A stretch of 64,000 bases of DNA from an uncultured virus (IMG/VR IMGVR_UViG_3300025653_003319) (lineage: Duplodnaviria; Heunggongvirae; Uroviricota; Caudoviricetes): IMG/VR virus record IMGVR_UViG_3300025653_003319; one strand, 5' to 3'. Position numbers and translations under genes: made by a program. Positions 10,808 to 20,792 of this stretch are shown piece by piece; the stretch's first letter is position 1; each line of letters begins with the position of its first letter. Under the pieces are notes generated by a model that did no database searches, had not been told where the DNA came from, and worked only from the letters and a program-made list of their open reading frames with translations.

Positions 10808-12820
10808 ATGTCTTATAAGACTAGTCAAATAGAACTCAATGTACCCAACAAAGTTTTAGGTGTTAATGTAACAAGTATTACTGGTAAGACACTATGGGCA
10901 CACGCAAATGGCTCAGCAGACAGATGGTACTCAGGTGGTTCATCACCAAAAAATTATCAATGGACTATTACATTTACTGTTACATCACAAGCACATGGTT
11001 CTCACTTAACAAGAAAAGACAGAGAGTTTAACGGACTTGATGTTACTGTCGGCGACTGGATAGCAGGAGCAACATCTGGACAATGTCTTAAAATTATTTC
11101 AGTAACTTCTAAAAGTTCTACAAGTGTTACATGCGAAGTAGAAGATGTTGCACGTTATAACACATTTAAAAGTAATACAGGTAACGGTATATTTAATACT
11201 GGTAGTTGTGTTATATTCACATTAAACGAAAGTGGACATCCAATGTTAGATCCACTACCAAGTGGCATAGTTAGTTCAGACTTCTATGCTAACGTTAATA
11301 GCAGATTTCAATACTTAAACCCACAATTAAATTACTTACTAGAAAAGACAGCACATGGTTTTTCTATAGGTGATGTTATTGCTGTTAGTGATACCGGTTC
11401 ATTTGTTAAGGCTAATGCCGCTCTTGTTAGTAAGAGTTTTGGTGTTGTAGTTGAAAGCGGACCGGGTCCAGATGCGTTTATGGTATCACCTAACAATAGA
11501 ATTATAGACTTTGTACCAGCAATACCTGGTTCAGCAGGAGACTTTATTTACGCAGATACGGATGGAGATTTAACTACATCCGATACAGGTAAAATAATGT
11601 TCTTAAAGATTGCTAATGCTGTAGAAACAAGCACAATTGGTACAGCAATCAATCCAACAGTACCAGACGGTACAGTAGTTAAATTTAATGGTGTCAGTCA
11701 TACATTTAATGGTGCAGGATTTAGTAGTACATTAGCAGAAACTGTTAGCCAAATTAATGGACTAAGTGGAACAAGTATAGTAGCAAGTGAATCACCAGCA
11801 CCAACAACTGTGACTTCGAGTGCTAGTGGAACAGCATACGGACTAGTTGGCGGTTATACAACCTTTAGTGCTATTTTTAATGGCGGTAGTGGTAATACAA
11901 CAGTAAACTTTACTACTAATGCCGCAGGGCAGGCCGCTTACGGTATAGCAGTTGCTATTCCAGAAGACATGGCAACAGATATAAATGCCGCAAGTATTCC
12001 TAATTTGACTGCTACATTTACTAGTAGTGAATTAACACTGAGTGAAGCAAACGGTAATGCTATAAACATTTTTGCTAATACCAATGACAGCAATGGTAAT
12101 CCTTATGTGGGTTCAAGTAATGTGTCAGGACTGCCTTCATTTACATCAGCAAGTACAGGTAGCAAATTAAAACTTACTAGGACAGATGGTGGCCCAATTG
12201 ATATATTTGATAGCACAGGTAATTTTGAAAACAATGCAGGTATATTCAGTGTACACAATGGTATGTTTCCATTAGCAATGAATGTTGAACAAGGTATTAG
12301 AAGTGCTAGTGTTACAGTTGTTTCAGATATAAGTTCAAGAAATTCATTATCACCTACAACAGGTGACCAAGCATACGTTATTGATAACGGTGTAGGTGAA
12401 TGGGCATTGTATTTATGGGATGGTAGTGCCTGGACTAAGGTAAGTGATCAGGATAGTGCTAATACCGACGCACAGACGCTCACATACAATGTAACAGCAC
12501 CTATAGGAGGATTTGGTAACAGTACAAATTATGACTTAGGTAATGTATCACCCGGTGGTAAAATACAAAGTGTTAGTGTAGAAGTACACACAGCATTTAC
12601 AGGTGGTTCACAAGAAACCACAATGGAAGTTGGTACCACAGTAGATACAGATTTCCTACATGGACAGGACGACAATGATCCTGGCTCAGCAGGTGGATAC
12701 ATAACAAATCCAGAATATGTATGGCCTTCTTCTAATACAGATGAATTAGAAGTAAACTTCAGAATCAATCATTACGGTGCAACAGCCGGTAATGCTACTG
12801 TAAAAGTCACATACGTTTAA
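10808..12820 (+). CDS. virion structural protein (fibre/baseplate-associated)
   Basis: 670 aa, S/T/G/N-rich, beta-rich, ALYLWDGSAW motif; lies between fibre genes. Confidence 0.7.
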   Translation: MSYKTSQIELNVPNKVLGVNVTSITGKTLWAHANGSADRWYSGGSSPKNYQWTITFTVTSQAHGSHLTRKDREFNGLDVTVGDWIAGATSGQCLKIISVTSKSSTSVTCEVEDVARYNTFKSNTGNGIFNTGSCVIFTLNESGHPMLDPLPSGIVSSDFYANVNSRFQYLNPQLNYLLEKTAHGFSIGDVIAVSDTGSFVKANAALVSKSFGVVVESGPGPDAFMVSPNNRIIDFVPAIPGSAGDFIYADTDGDLTTSDTGKIMFLKIANAVETSTIGTAINPTVPDGTVVKFNGVSHTFNGAGFSSTLAETVSQINGLSGTSIVASESPAPTTVTSSASGTAYGLVGGYTTFSAIFNGGSGNTTVNFTTNAAGQAAYGIAVAIPEDMATDINAASIPNLTATFTSSELTLSEANGNAINIFANTNDSNGNPYVGSSNVSGLPSFTSASTGSKLKLTRTDGGPIDIFDSTGNFENNAGIFSVHNGMFPLAMNVEQGIRSASVTVVSDISSRNSLSPTTGDQAYVIDNGVGEWALYLWDGSAWTKVSDQDSANTDAQTLTYNVTAPIGGFGNSTNYDLGNVSPGGKIQSVSVEVHTAFTGGSQETTMEVGTTVDTDFLHGQDDNDPGSAGGYITNPEYVWPSSNTDELEVNFRINHYGATAGNATVKVTYV

Positions 12821-12977
12821 AAAAAAGCACATAAATTAATAGAGTATTTACAGCCATAAATATTGGCTGTAAGATAAATACTATTACAAAACACATCAGT
12901 ACACATTATTCCGGAACAATGTAAAAATTGAAAGGGGGATATGAATACCCTCAAAAAACTCTCAGGGAGAATACAAA

Positions 12978-14750
12978 ATGGCAGATGTAAAGAATTTTGG
13001 TCTAAAAGGTATTTCCAATGACGTTCAACTTGGTAAAGGTGGCGGAAGATTTAAGTGGGTGAGTGCGAGTGATCGTTACGAATTTACTGGATCAGACGGG
13101 TCAACACTGAAGGCTATTAGAGCCGCCAACGTAGACGTACAAGGAAGTTTGCTTTCGAATGACATCACATCAACAAGTATTTCCATTAACGGCGATGCCA
13201 CCATCACTGGTGACTTAACTGTTAACGGTTCTACAACCACTGTTTCTTCAACGAACACAACTATTGCTGACTCATTGCTAGAACTAGCAACGGGTACAAC
13301 TGGTACACCATCAAACGATGTCGGTTTAATTATCGAACGTGGTGACAGCAATAACGTATTCATTGGATGGGACGAATCAGAAGATAAAGTTGTAGCAGGA
13401 ACAGGAACCTTCACAGGTTCTAGTACTGGTGCATTAACTATCACAGCGGCAGACTTTCAAGCGGCGGCGATTGATGGTACAGACATTACTGGCTCAGGCA
13501 CAGTACAGTTTGGATCTTTATCAGATGGTACAGTAACAATAACAGATATTGCTGATGAAGACAATATGGCTTCAGATAGTGCTACTAAACTAGCAACACA
13601 ACAAAGTATTAAGGCTTTTGTTGATGGTGAAGTATCAACACTAAATACAGCAATTACAACAGCAAATAGTAACATGTTAACCTACGTTAATACTGCAAAT
13701 ACTAATATGAAAGCATACGTCGATGGCTTAGACAGAGACGATGACTTAGGTATAGCAGGTGACAGTGGAACTGGAACAGTAGATTTAGACACTCAGTCTA
13801 TTACTATTTCAGGTGACACAGGTATTACTACTACAGCATCAGGACAAACAATTAGTGTTGATCTTGATGACACAGCAGTAACTCCAGGTTCATATGGTGA
13901 CGCTTCTACAGTACCAACTTTTACAGTTGATCAACAAGGTAGAATTACAGCGGCAGGTACAGCAAGTATCACAACATCATTAACTATTCAGTCAGATGAT
14001 GCGGCAGATAACGTTGTAGCATTAGCAAGTGACAAACTTAAACTATTAGGTGGATTAAACATTACTTCAAGTAACTCAGCAGATGACGTTACTTTTGCGA
14101 TGGATACTACACTTACTGGTATGACAGCAGGTACATTTAGTGGTCAAGTACAAGCAGGTACATTAACAGACGGAACTGCTTCTATCAGTTCAGGTAGTGC
14201 TACTGGATTAGTAAATGTCACAGCATCAGGAATTGTATCATTTGGTACATTAACTGACAGTGGTGAAAGCATTGCAATCACTAAGTTTGTTGACGAAGCA
14301 GATGGAATTGGCAGTAACGATAACGATACTACTATTCCAACTTCAGCGGCAGTTGTTGACTATGTAGAAAATAACGGTGGTGATGGCCTTACATTAAGAG
14401 CAAGTTTCACAGCAAACAGCAGTGATTCAACTTTTGATATAGGTACAGTACCTAACGTTGCAGGAAGAACTTATTACGCAAGTAGAGTTATTCTAAATGT
14501 AACTACATTATTAGCAGGTGGCTCAGTAGACGGTATGTTAGTTAAAGATAATGCAGGTGCTGGTAATACACTAGCGGCGGCAACTACTAACGATATCGCT
14601 GTTGGAACTTATGTTGTTGACTTACCTTTTGCAAGTTCACTAACCAAGAATGCGGCAGTTGAAGTTGCGTTTGTACAAGCAGACGGATCTACAGCGGCTA
14701 CACCAACTGGTGGTGTTGTAACAGGTGTTGTTGAATACAAATATGTATAA
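12978..14750 (+). CDS. virion structural/tail-fibre-like protein
   Basis: ITGDLTVNGSTTTV...DVGLIIERG...IGWDES and VTPGSYG...TVDQQGRITAA motifs typical of phage fibres; GGGAGA SD. Confidence 0.75.
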   Translation: MADVKNFGLKGISNDVQLGKGGGRFKWVSASDRYEFTGSDGSTLKAIRAANVDVQGSLLSNDITSTSISINGDATITGDLTVNGSTTTVSSTNTTIADSLLELATGTTGTPSNDVGLIIERGDSNNVFIGWDESEDKVVAGTGTFTGSSTGALTITAADFQAAAIDGTDITGSGTVQFGSLSDGTVTITDIADEDNMASDSATKLATQQSIKAFVDGEVSTLNTAITTANSNMLTYVNTANTNMKAYVDGLDRDDDLGIAGDSGTGTVDLDTQSITISGDTGITTTASGQTISVDLDDTAVTPGSYGDASTVPTFTVDQQGRITAAGTASITTSLTIQSDDAADNVVALASDKLKLLGGLNITSSNSADDVTFAMDTTLTGMTAGTFSGQVQAGTLTDGTASISSGSATGLVNVTASGIVSFGTLTDSGESIAITKFVDEADGIGSNDNDTTIPTSAAVVDYVENNGGDGLTLRASFTANSSDSTFDIGTVPNVAGRTYYASRVILNVTTLLAGGSVDGMLVKDNAGAGNTLAAATTNDIAVGTYVVDLPFASSLTKNAAVEVAFVQADGSTAATPTGGVVTGVVEYKYV

Positions 14751-14787
14751 TATCATTTGAATAGTTTAGGCTAATCAAAAACAACTT

Positions 14788-14816
14788 AGAAAAGCGACTT
14801 CGGTCGCTTTTCTTTT
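14788..14816 (+). terminator. intrinsic terminator with cUUCGg tetraloop
   Basis: AGAAAAGCGAC-TTCG-GTCGCTTTTCT then TTT, after the structural genes. Confidence 0.9.
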
Positions 14817-14819
14817 GAC

Positions 14820-14848
14820 TTGACACAGAGGATAAAAGAATGTATAAT
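14820..14848 (+). promoter_or_regulatory. sigma70-type promoter, leaderless
   Basis: TTGACA-17-TATAAT; ATG at 14855 is 6 nt downstream; no SD. Confidence 0.8.
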
Positions 14849-14854
14849 ACATGT

Positions 14855-15451
14855 ATGAAAAATAAAATTATATTAACAGATTGCGATGGCGTAGTATTGG
14901 ACTGGGAGTTTGCATTCCATAATTGGATGGAACACAGAGGACACTTTCCAGTAGAAAATCACAGGTTACATTACAGCATTAGAGAAAAGTTTGATCTAAG
15001 AAACGACTCTACTGGTGATCAAGTAATTAAAAACTTTAATGAAAGTGCGGCAATAGGATTTCTTCCTCCACTTCGTGATGCTCAATACTTTGTTAAGAAG
15101 TTACACGAGCAACATCAATATCAATTTGTAGCAATTACAAGTTTGAGTTTAGACCCTTACGCACAAGAACTTAGAACTAAGAACTTAAATAAACTGTTTG
15201 GTGATGACTGTTTTAAAGAAGTTATTTGTTTAGACACAGGCGCAGACAAAGACCAAATACTGTTAGAATTTGGTAAAAAGTATCCAGGAGCATACTGGAT
15301 AGAAGACAAACCACAGAACGTAGATTGGGGTATTGATGCCGGTCTAAAAGGTATCTTAGTTGAGCATGGACACAATATGCACTATGATGGTACTGCAAAT
15401 GTGTGCAAAACTTGGGAAGAAATATACAATTTAATTGTAGATAAAGGTTGA
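14855..15451 (+). CDS. HAD-superfamily phosphatase/5'-nucleotidase (T4 gp30.2-like)
   Basis: ILTDCDGV (DxDG motif I), ITS, K, IEDK motif IV; start moved to 14855 because the ATG at 14840 lies within the promoter. Confidence 0.8.
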   Translation: MKNKIILTDCDGVVLDWEFAFHNWMEHRGHFPVENHRLHYSIREKFDLRNDSTGDQVIKNFNESAAIGFLPPLRDAQYFVKKLHEQHQYQFVAITSLSLDPYAQELRTKNLNKLFGDDCFKEVICLDTGADKDQILLEFGKKYPGAYWIEDKPQNVDWGIDAGLKGILVEHGHNMHYDGTANVCKTWEEIYNLIVDKG

Positions 15452-15510
15452 CCTCGACCCTATAATTTGCTATAATATATACATAATTTAGCAAACACAG
15501 ACGGTAGGAG
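15448..15510 (+). promoter_or_regulatory. early-class sigma70 promoter plus GTAGGAG RBS
   Basis: (AGG)TTGACC-17-TATAAT at 15448-15476; GTAGGAG at 15504-15510. Confidence 0.8.
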
Positions 15511-15516
15511 GTCTTT

Positions 15517-15897
15517 ATGCAAAACTTAAACACAACTAACCAAAACAAGGACAAAATTGTATCTGTACCAGGATATCATATTGGTTCTTTTACTTGCTAT
15601 AATGCCAACGAAGATGACGGCAAGTCAGTAAATATCCAACTAACTAGTTTAGAAGAAATGTGGTATGGTCATGAAGAGAACATTGATCATCCAGAAGGTT
15701 CAGAATACCCTGTAAGTATAAATGTCCCTCACATGAAAGTGATGAGAGACAGAGTAATTGATAGTGTTCTTAACAGAACTGGTATTGATATTAGAGATTT
15801 TGACAGCATTATACATGCTACAACATCTCCTGGTAGAGATAAGCAAGGTAACATTATCGAACATGGCAATGATAAAAATTTAGTGAGGAATGTGTAA
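15517..15897 (+). CDS. hypothetical protein
   Basis: 126 aa with its own promoter and RBS. Confidence 0.75.
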   Translation: MQNLNTTNQNKDKIVSVPGYHIGSFTCYNANEDDGKSVNIQLTSLEEMWYGHEENIDHPEGSEYPVSINVPHMKVMRDRVIDSVLNRTGIDIRDFDSIIHATTSPGRDKQGNIIEHGNDKNLVRNV

Positions 15898-16154
15898 TGG
15901 AACTTTTAGCAATTAAACAAGAAATCAAAAACGGTAACTTTAGTTTGTCAGAACTTAACGAACTAAGTGCATTTACTAATTCTGTTAAAACACTTAATGC
16001 TAAAGCAAGTCTAAGTGTTGGTGACAATGTATTTGTTGTTCAAAAAACAAAACGCACACCTGGTATTATTACCAAAGTGAATGTTAAGAAGGCCATTGTA
16101 GATATGCGAGGTCGTTCATATAGTGTTCCACTTTCAATGATAGAGGCCGCTTAA
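15897..16154 (+). CDS. hypothetical protein (SH3/KOW-like C-terminus)
   Basis: LSVGDNVFV...GIITKVNVKKAIV pattern; coupled to neighbours. Confidence 0.65.
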   Translation: MELLAIKQEIKNGNFSLSELNELSAFTNSVKTLNAKASLSVGDNVFVVQKTKRTPGIITKVNVKKAIVDMRGRSYSVPLSMIEAA

Positions 16155-16897
16155 TGAATATACAAAAAGCAAAAACAGGTAAATGGTTTGAGGATCAGTA
16201 TAGTCTTACTGATCTTCTTTCATTGTCAGTAGCAGTAAACAGAGTTAATGGTGGTTACATCAAAAAAGATGCTAACATTGAATCTGATGCAGATGATGTT
16301 CAAATAAAACTACCTAACCTTTTTATAATCAATAACCATCTAGGTATTGAGAAATTTAAAACAAATAGTATTAAAAGCACTTTATCTAAATATTATAAAG
16401 ATGTCGAAGTTATTGATTCTGATAGTGACAATGTTGCTCACATGATTAAATACTTCAAAGGTCTAAGTCTTAAAGCAATTAAAAGAGATATCAGTGACTT
16501 TGAAAGAACCATACTTGGTCTTATTAACAAAGAGTTTGTGCAATATAAAGATATTGGTATTATTGCTAGTTTGCCTAGTGTTTATGAAAATGGGCAGAAA
16601 CAACGTGCATTTAATAAAATGGAAAAAGAACTTGCACAACACAGTCGGTATGTTGGAACGTTACATGATCGTGAAACATTTAATCTTGAAATACTTCACA
16701 AGAAATTTATATGGAGAAGTAACAGTTACTTGTATGTTGCCAAAGAAGGTGATCACAATATTGTAAAATTCTTTTCATCTACTAACGGTCCTGAGGTAGG
16801 CGATAGTGTATCACTTACAGGGTATGTTAAAGATCATACACAAGGCAAGATGTCACGTGGTAAAGAAACTTACTTGAATAGAGTTAAGTTTTCCTAA
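16154..16897 (+). CDS. hypothetical protein, possible C-terminal OB fold
   Basis: 247 aa; C-terminal VGDSVSLTGYVK...TYLNRVK. Confidence 0.65.
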   Translation: MNIQKAKTGKWFEDQYSLTDLLSLSVAVNRVNGGYIKKDANIESDADDVQIKLPNLFIINNHLGIEKFKTNSIKSTLSKYYKDVEVIDSDSDNVAHMIKYFKGLSLKAIKRDISDFERTILGLINKEFVQYKDIGIIASLPSVYENGQKQRAFNKMEKELAQHSRYVGTLHDRETFNLEILHKKFIWRSNSYLYVAKEGDHNIVKFFSSTNGPEVGDSVSLTGYVKDHTQGKMSRGKETYLNRVKFS

Positions 16898-17552
16898 GAG
16901 TAGCAATTAAATAAACCATAACCCTTTGCATAGTATCTGGCTCTACTGTTAGGTCCGGACAACTATGCCAACCTTTACTGCTTCTTGGTAGTATATATGC
17001 CCTATTAGGTATGTAAGGCATTTGGTGCCCCATTCGTACTAATGTACTGTCTTCTCCAAAAGTTGGATCTAGACCTTCATCGATTGCCCGATCATACGCA
17101 CAATCAACCTCCCAAAACATTGTACCAGTATGTGCAAATTCATCGTTGTCTGCTAATGAATGCTGAACTGTATAATAATAGGAAGGGTGGTCTACATGCA
17201 CATCATGAACAGAATTTTTGTTTGTGTCCATCCACATAAAAGGTTGATTAATGTTTACATTACTTGACATATTCATAACATTACCTATTGCATCTAAAAC
17301 CTCTTGGTTATTATATACATATTCTGTGGCTATTTGTAATGCTTCTTGCGATTCATCTGGACTAATATGATAGCCGTGTCTGCCTGGTAATTCTTCGTTT
17401 TGCCAATTATTCCATGGTATGCAATTTTGTACCTGTGCGTACAAATCTGGATGCATAAAGTTATCAACATCCATTACATGTAGTTTGTCTGTTTCTATTG
17501 GTGCTGTATCAAGTATCCTATCTACAGTCCATTTAGTATATTCTGTACTCAT
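16884..17552 (-). CDS. 2OG-Fe(II) oxygenase-like protein
   Basis: HVD...GT.FW...PYIPNRAYI...WHS...R arrangement (HxD...H...R); fills the gap between + strand genes; TATAAATA 5 nt upstream on the - strand. Confidence 0.7.
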   Translation of the reverse strand: MSTEYTKWTVDRILDTAPIETDKLHVMDVDNFMHPDLYAQVQNCIPWNNWQNEELPGRHGYHISPDESQEALQIATEYVYNNQEVLDAIGNVMNMSSNVNINQPFMWMDTNKNSVHDVHVDHPSYYYTVQHSLADNDEFAHTGTMFWEVDCAYDRAIDEGLDPTFGEDSTLVRMGHQMPYIPNRAYILPRSSKGWHSCPDLTVEPDTMQRVMVYLIATLRKT

Positions 17553-17664
17553 ACATATATTTATAAAAAAGATAAATATAGTTAAGTCCTAATAGGATTT
17601 GACTACATGTTTACATGTAGACTAGCAGAATGCTAGACAAGTACATATTGGAGAGCAGTAACGA

Positions 17665-19746
17665 ATGGCAATCATAATGAATGCCAAAGGTACCTCGCAA
17701 AGCAGTTTTAGAATAGGCAAACGCGGTTCTAGACTGTACGGGACATCTGACGCACCCAGTGACGTCAATAATATCTCGACAGGTGATCTTTGGTTCGATT
17801 CAAGCAATACACTAATAAAAATTGCAACGGTAAGTGAAGGTTCTGTAGCATGGAGCAAACTAACTGTAGGCGATGCTGATACACTAGATGGTATCAATAG
17901 TACAAGTTTTGCCAGAGTCGATACAGATAATACGTTTACAAATGATGTTACCATAACAGGTAATTTAATTGTAAACGGTACTCAATCTATAATCAATACA
18001 GAAACTCTCAATATTGCTGACAATGAAATAGTTTTAAACAGCGACCTTCCTTCCAACCAACCCGCAACTGCTAACGCAGGAATATTAGTAAACAGAGGTA
18101 ACGAAAGTAATGTGTACCTTCGTTGGGACGAAGATGAAGGCGAATGGACAGTTAATGGTCAAACATTTAGTGCTGGTGCTTTTGTTGGTAACCTAAGTGG
18201 TAATGTAACAGGAAGTATAGCACCCAATGGAGCACCTAATGTTGTTAGAGCAAACACACTAATTGTAAACGGCTCTTACACTATGCCAACATCAGATGGT
18301 ACTGCTGGACAGTTTTTACAAACTGATGGCAGTGGTGGCTTAACATTCTCAAATGAATTTACAGATTTAAGCATCACAGGAACAGCAACATACAATACTG
18401 TTGAATTCCAAAATTCAAACATAATGAAGTTTAACCAGAGATACACTGGTGCTTCAAATGGTAGTTACTTTAGTAATGGTGAATATCAAAAAGTAGTAAC
18501 AATTATACCAAGTGGTGCCAGCCAGAACTATCAAGTGGTTGGTCGTATGACGGCTCAAAATGCTGGTGAAACTCACACAGTTTATTTTAATGCCGCATTG
18601 AGAAGTAACACATTACCAGATCTCAACTGGACTATAACCTATGATGAAGAATACAATGGTGCTAGATATCTAGATCCTCAACTGTGGACCAAAGAAACAA
18701 CCACAGCAGGATTTATTTTTGCATTCAAAACATTAGGCACAATTTATGGGTCTGTTACAATTGATATGGAAGTTATTCCAAGAGCCAGTTCACAAAAAGA
18801 CAATGTAACTGTGAACACAGTTGTAAACAGTGAGCAATCCAGTGTTGATGCAGGATATACTGCTAATGATATGGTGTTGGTCACAAGAAAACAAGGAACC
18901 ACATTCAGTGTAAAAGATGTAAGCATAACAGGTAATATTGTTCCCACAGCAAACGAAGTTTACGATTTAGGAACAAGTTCAAACAGATTTAATGATTTAT
19001 ACCTAAGTGGTAGTACTATCAATATAGGCACAACAGCAATTAGTGTGACATCAGATAATGAAATAGATTTCTCAGATAGTGCAAACACCAGTATTAAAAG
19101 AAAACTTGTTGTAGATGAAATTGAATTAGGAACAGGCAACGACAAAGTTGTTTTGAGAAAAGGAGCAGGCGGTAAGTTTGAGCAAAAAGCATTAGCCAAA
19201 GATACAAAATCAGAAAGTGGAGTAAAAGTTGATTTAGATGATAACAATTCAGACGATTTATCAGAAGGTTCAACAAATTTATACTACACTGATGCTAGAG
19301 TTACTTCTGTATTAGCAACACAAGATTCAGATGATATCAAAGAAGGTTCAACTAATCTTTACTACACTGATGCTAGAGCAAATAGTGCCATAGATGCGAA
19401 ACTTACTGGCAATTTAACATTCGGTGAAGTTGATGCAAGTATTGTATCATCGCCTATATTTGAAACAGTAAGCGATTACGGATTGATTACTAGTTCAACA
19501 ACAAACACAATCGACTACGGTTTATTAACTGATACCGTTGTAGCATTAGTAAATAGTGATTACGGTGTAGTTGAAACAAGTGGAGGACCAGTTGAGTTTC
19601 CACGATATGCAGTACTATCAGTACCTGATGCATCTGCATACATTGGGCATATGATTTATGTAACCAATGACACAGGGGGTCCAGTAATGGCATTTAGTGA
19701 TGGCACTAACTGGAGAAGAGTAACAGACAGAGCAGTCATAAGTTAG
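17665..19746 (+). CDS. tail-fibre-like virion protein
   Basis: GDLWFD, DADTLDG, ITGNLIVNGT...AGILVNRG, YDLGTSSNRFNDLYL; twice-repeated SDD.xEGSTNLYYTDAR; C-terminal FSDGTNWRRV. Confidence 0.8.
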   Translation: MAIIMNAKGTSQSSFRIGKRGSRLYGTSDAPSDVNNISTGDLWFDSSNTLIKIATVSEGSVAWSKLTVGDADTLDGINSTSFARVDTDNTFTNDVTITGNLIVNGTQSIINTETLNIADNEIVLNSDLPSNQPATANAGILVNRGNESNVYLRWDEDEGEWTVNGQTFSAGAFVGNLSGNVTGSIAPNGAPNVVRANTLIVNGSYTMPTSDGTAGQFLQTDGSGGLTFSNEFTDLSITGTATYNTVEFQNSNIMKFNQRYTGASNGSYFSNGEYQKVVTIIPSGASQNYQVVGRMTAQNAGETHTVYFNAALRSNTLPDLNWTITYDEEYNGARYLDPQLWTKETTTAGFIFAFKTLGTIYGSVTIDMEVIPRASSQKDNVTVNTVVNSEQSSVDAGYTANDMVLVTRKQGTTFSVKDVSITGNIVPTANEVYDLGTSSNRFNDLYLSGSTINIGTTAISVTSDNEIDFSDSANTSIKRKLVVDEIELGTGNDKVVLRKGAGGKFEQKALAKDTKSESGVKVDLDDNNSDDLSEGSTNLYYTDARVTSVLATQDSDDIKEGSTNLYYTDARANSAIDAKLTGNLTFGEVDASIVSSPIFETVSDYGLITSSTTNTIDYGLLTDTVVALVNSDYGVVETSGGPVEFPRYAVLSVPDASAYIGHMIYVTNDTGGPVMAFSDGTNWRRVTDRAVIS

Positions 19747-19759
19747 TAGGAGAACATAA

Positions 19760-20086
19760 ATGGCAGACGAAAGTAATACAGCAATACACCATCCGGCTGA
19801 TACAAATGGAGATGGAAAGGTTTCAAAAGCAGAAGAGCAAATGTACCTAGAGTTCAAAAGAAAAGAACTGGAAGATTTAGATGCAATGAGAGATGCTCAA
19901 CGTAGCATGGCTTGGTTTGCACTAAGTGGTATGTTGTTATATCCTTTTGCAGTAGTAATAGCAGTATTGGCTGGCTTAAATCAAGCAAGTGAAATACTAG
20001 GTGACATGGCCGCTACATACTTTGTAGCAGTAGCAGGTATTGTTGCCGCCTTCTTTGGTGCTCAAGCATTTAGTAAAGGTAAGTAA
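19760..20086 (+). CDS. small two-TM membrane protein with EF-hand-like loop (holin candidate)
   Basis: DTNGDGKVSKAE N-terminus, two hydrophobic helices, basic C-terminus. Confidence 0.6.
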   Translation: MADESNTAIHHPADTNGDGKVSKAEEQMYLEFKRKELEDLDAMRDAQRSMAWFALSGMLLYPFAVVIAVLAGLNQASEILGDMAATYFVAVAGIVAAFFGAQAFSKGK

Positions 20087-20091
20087 TTACT

Positions 20092-20397
20092 ATGGTAGAT
20101 AAGGTAAGAAAACATTTTGTAAGAATAGTCGTAGAGGATGAAATATCACGTGATGATATTGTAGACTTCTTTGACATAGTACAAAGTGTTGTTCCAACCA
20201 AAGTATTTTCATCATTTGATGGCAGTGGCAACAAAGTAAAAGCAGAAGTTGTCCACTATGAATCAGATGATGTTCAAGTATATGAGGTATTAACACAAGA
20301 TGACATTAGTGCAGAAGAAGGTACGCAGATTGCGAAAATTCTTGCAGAGGAATTAGATGTACCTGATTGGGACTTTGAGGCCAGTACTGAATATTAG
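20092..20397 (+). CDS. hypothetical acidic protein
   Basis: 101-aa ORF in the gene string. Confidence 0.7.
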   Translation: MVDKVRKHFVRIVVEDEISRDDIVDFFDIVQSVVPTKVFSSFDGSGNKVKAEVVHYESDDVQVYEVLTQDDISAEEGTQIAKILAEELDVPDWDFEASTEY

Positions 20398-20400
20398 TAC

Positions 20401-20429
20401 TTGACCACATTACTTATTTCTAGTATAAT
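20401..20429 (+). promoter_or_regulatory. sigma70-type promoter
   Basis: TTGACC-17-TATAAT upstream of 20466. Confidence 0.75.
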
Positions 20430-20465
20430 ACTTTAGATAATTATTAACATACACACAGGATTTAT

Positions 20466-20732
20466 ATGGCGTTCAACAAAACATTCAATCAAGAAGAAGT
20501 CGCAAGACTTAAAAAACTAGTTCAGGAAGGAGACCAAGTCCTTTATGAAGTAGAATCACTCCAAGTTGGTTTAAGAGAAACCGTTAAGGCAATAGCAGAA
20601 GAAATGGATATTAAACCAGCAGTCCTTATGAAAGCAGTTAAAGTTGCTCATAAGGCATCATTTACCGATGAAACAGATAAGTTTGATGCACTAGAAACTA
20701 TTCTAGCCGCAGTTGGTAAAGACCACTTATAA
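20466..20732 (+). CDS. dsDNA-binding protein, T4 DsbA/GapR-like
   Basis: 88 aa, helical; LKKLVQEG...LRETVKAIAEEMDIKPAVLMKAVKVAHK resembles T4 DsbA; sits ahead of the DNA polymerase. Confidence 0.6.
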   Translation: MAFNKTFNQEEVARLKKLVQEGDQVLYEVESLQVGLRETVKAIAEEMDIKPAVLMKAVKVAHKASFTDETDKFDALETILAAVGKDHL

Positions 20733-20758
20733 AACAGGACCAATAAACTAAAAACAGG

Positions 20759-20786
20759 TTGACAATATAGTTCTATCTGTTATACT
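20759..20786 (+). promoter_or_regulatory. sigma70-type promoter, leaderless
   Basis: TTGACA-16-TATACT with extended TG; ATG 20793 is 6 nt downstream. Confidence 0.7.
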
Positions 20787-20792
20787 ACTAAT

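Noticed and set aside
19250..19380. Duplicated SDD.xEGSTNLYYTDAR unit
   Set aside because: Ordinary intragenic fibre repeat, not a separate element.
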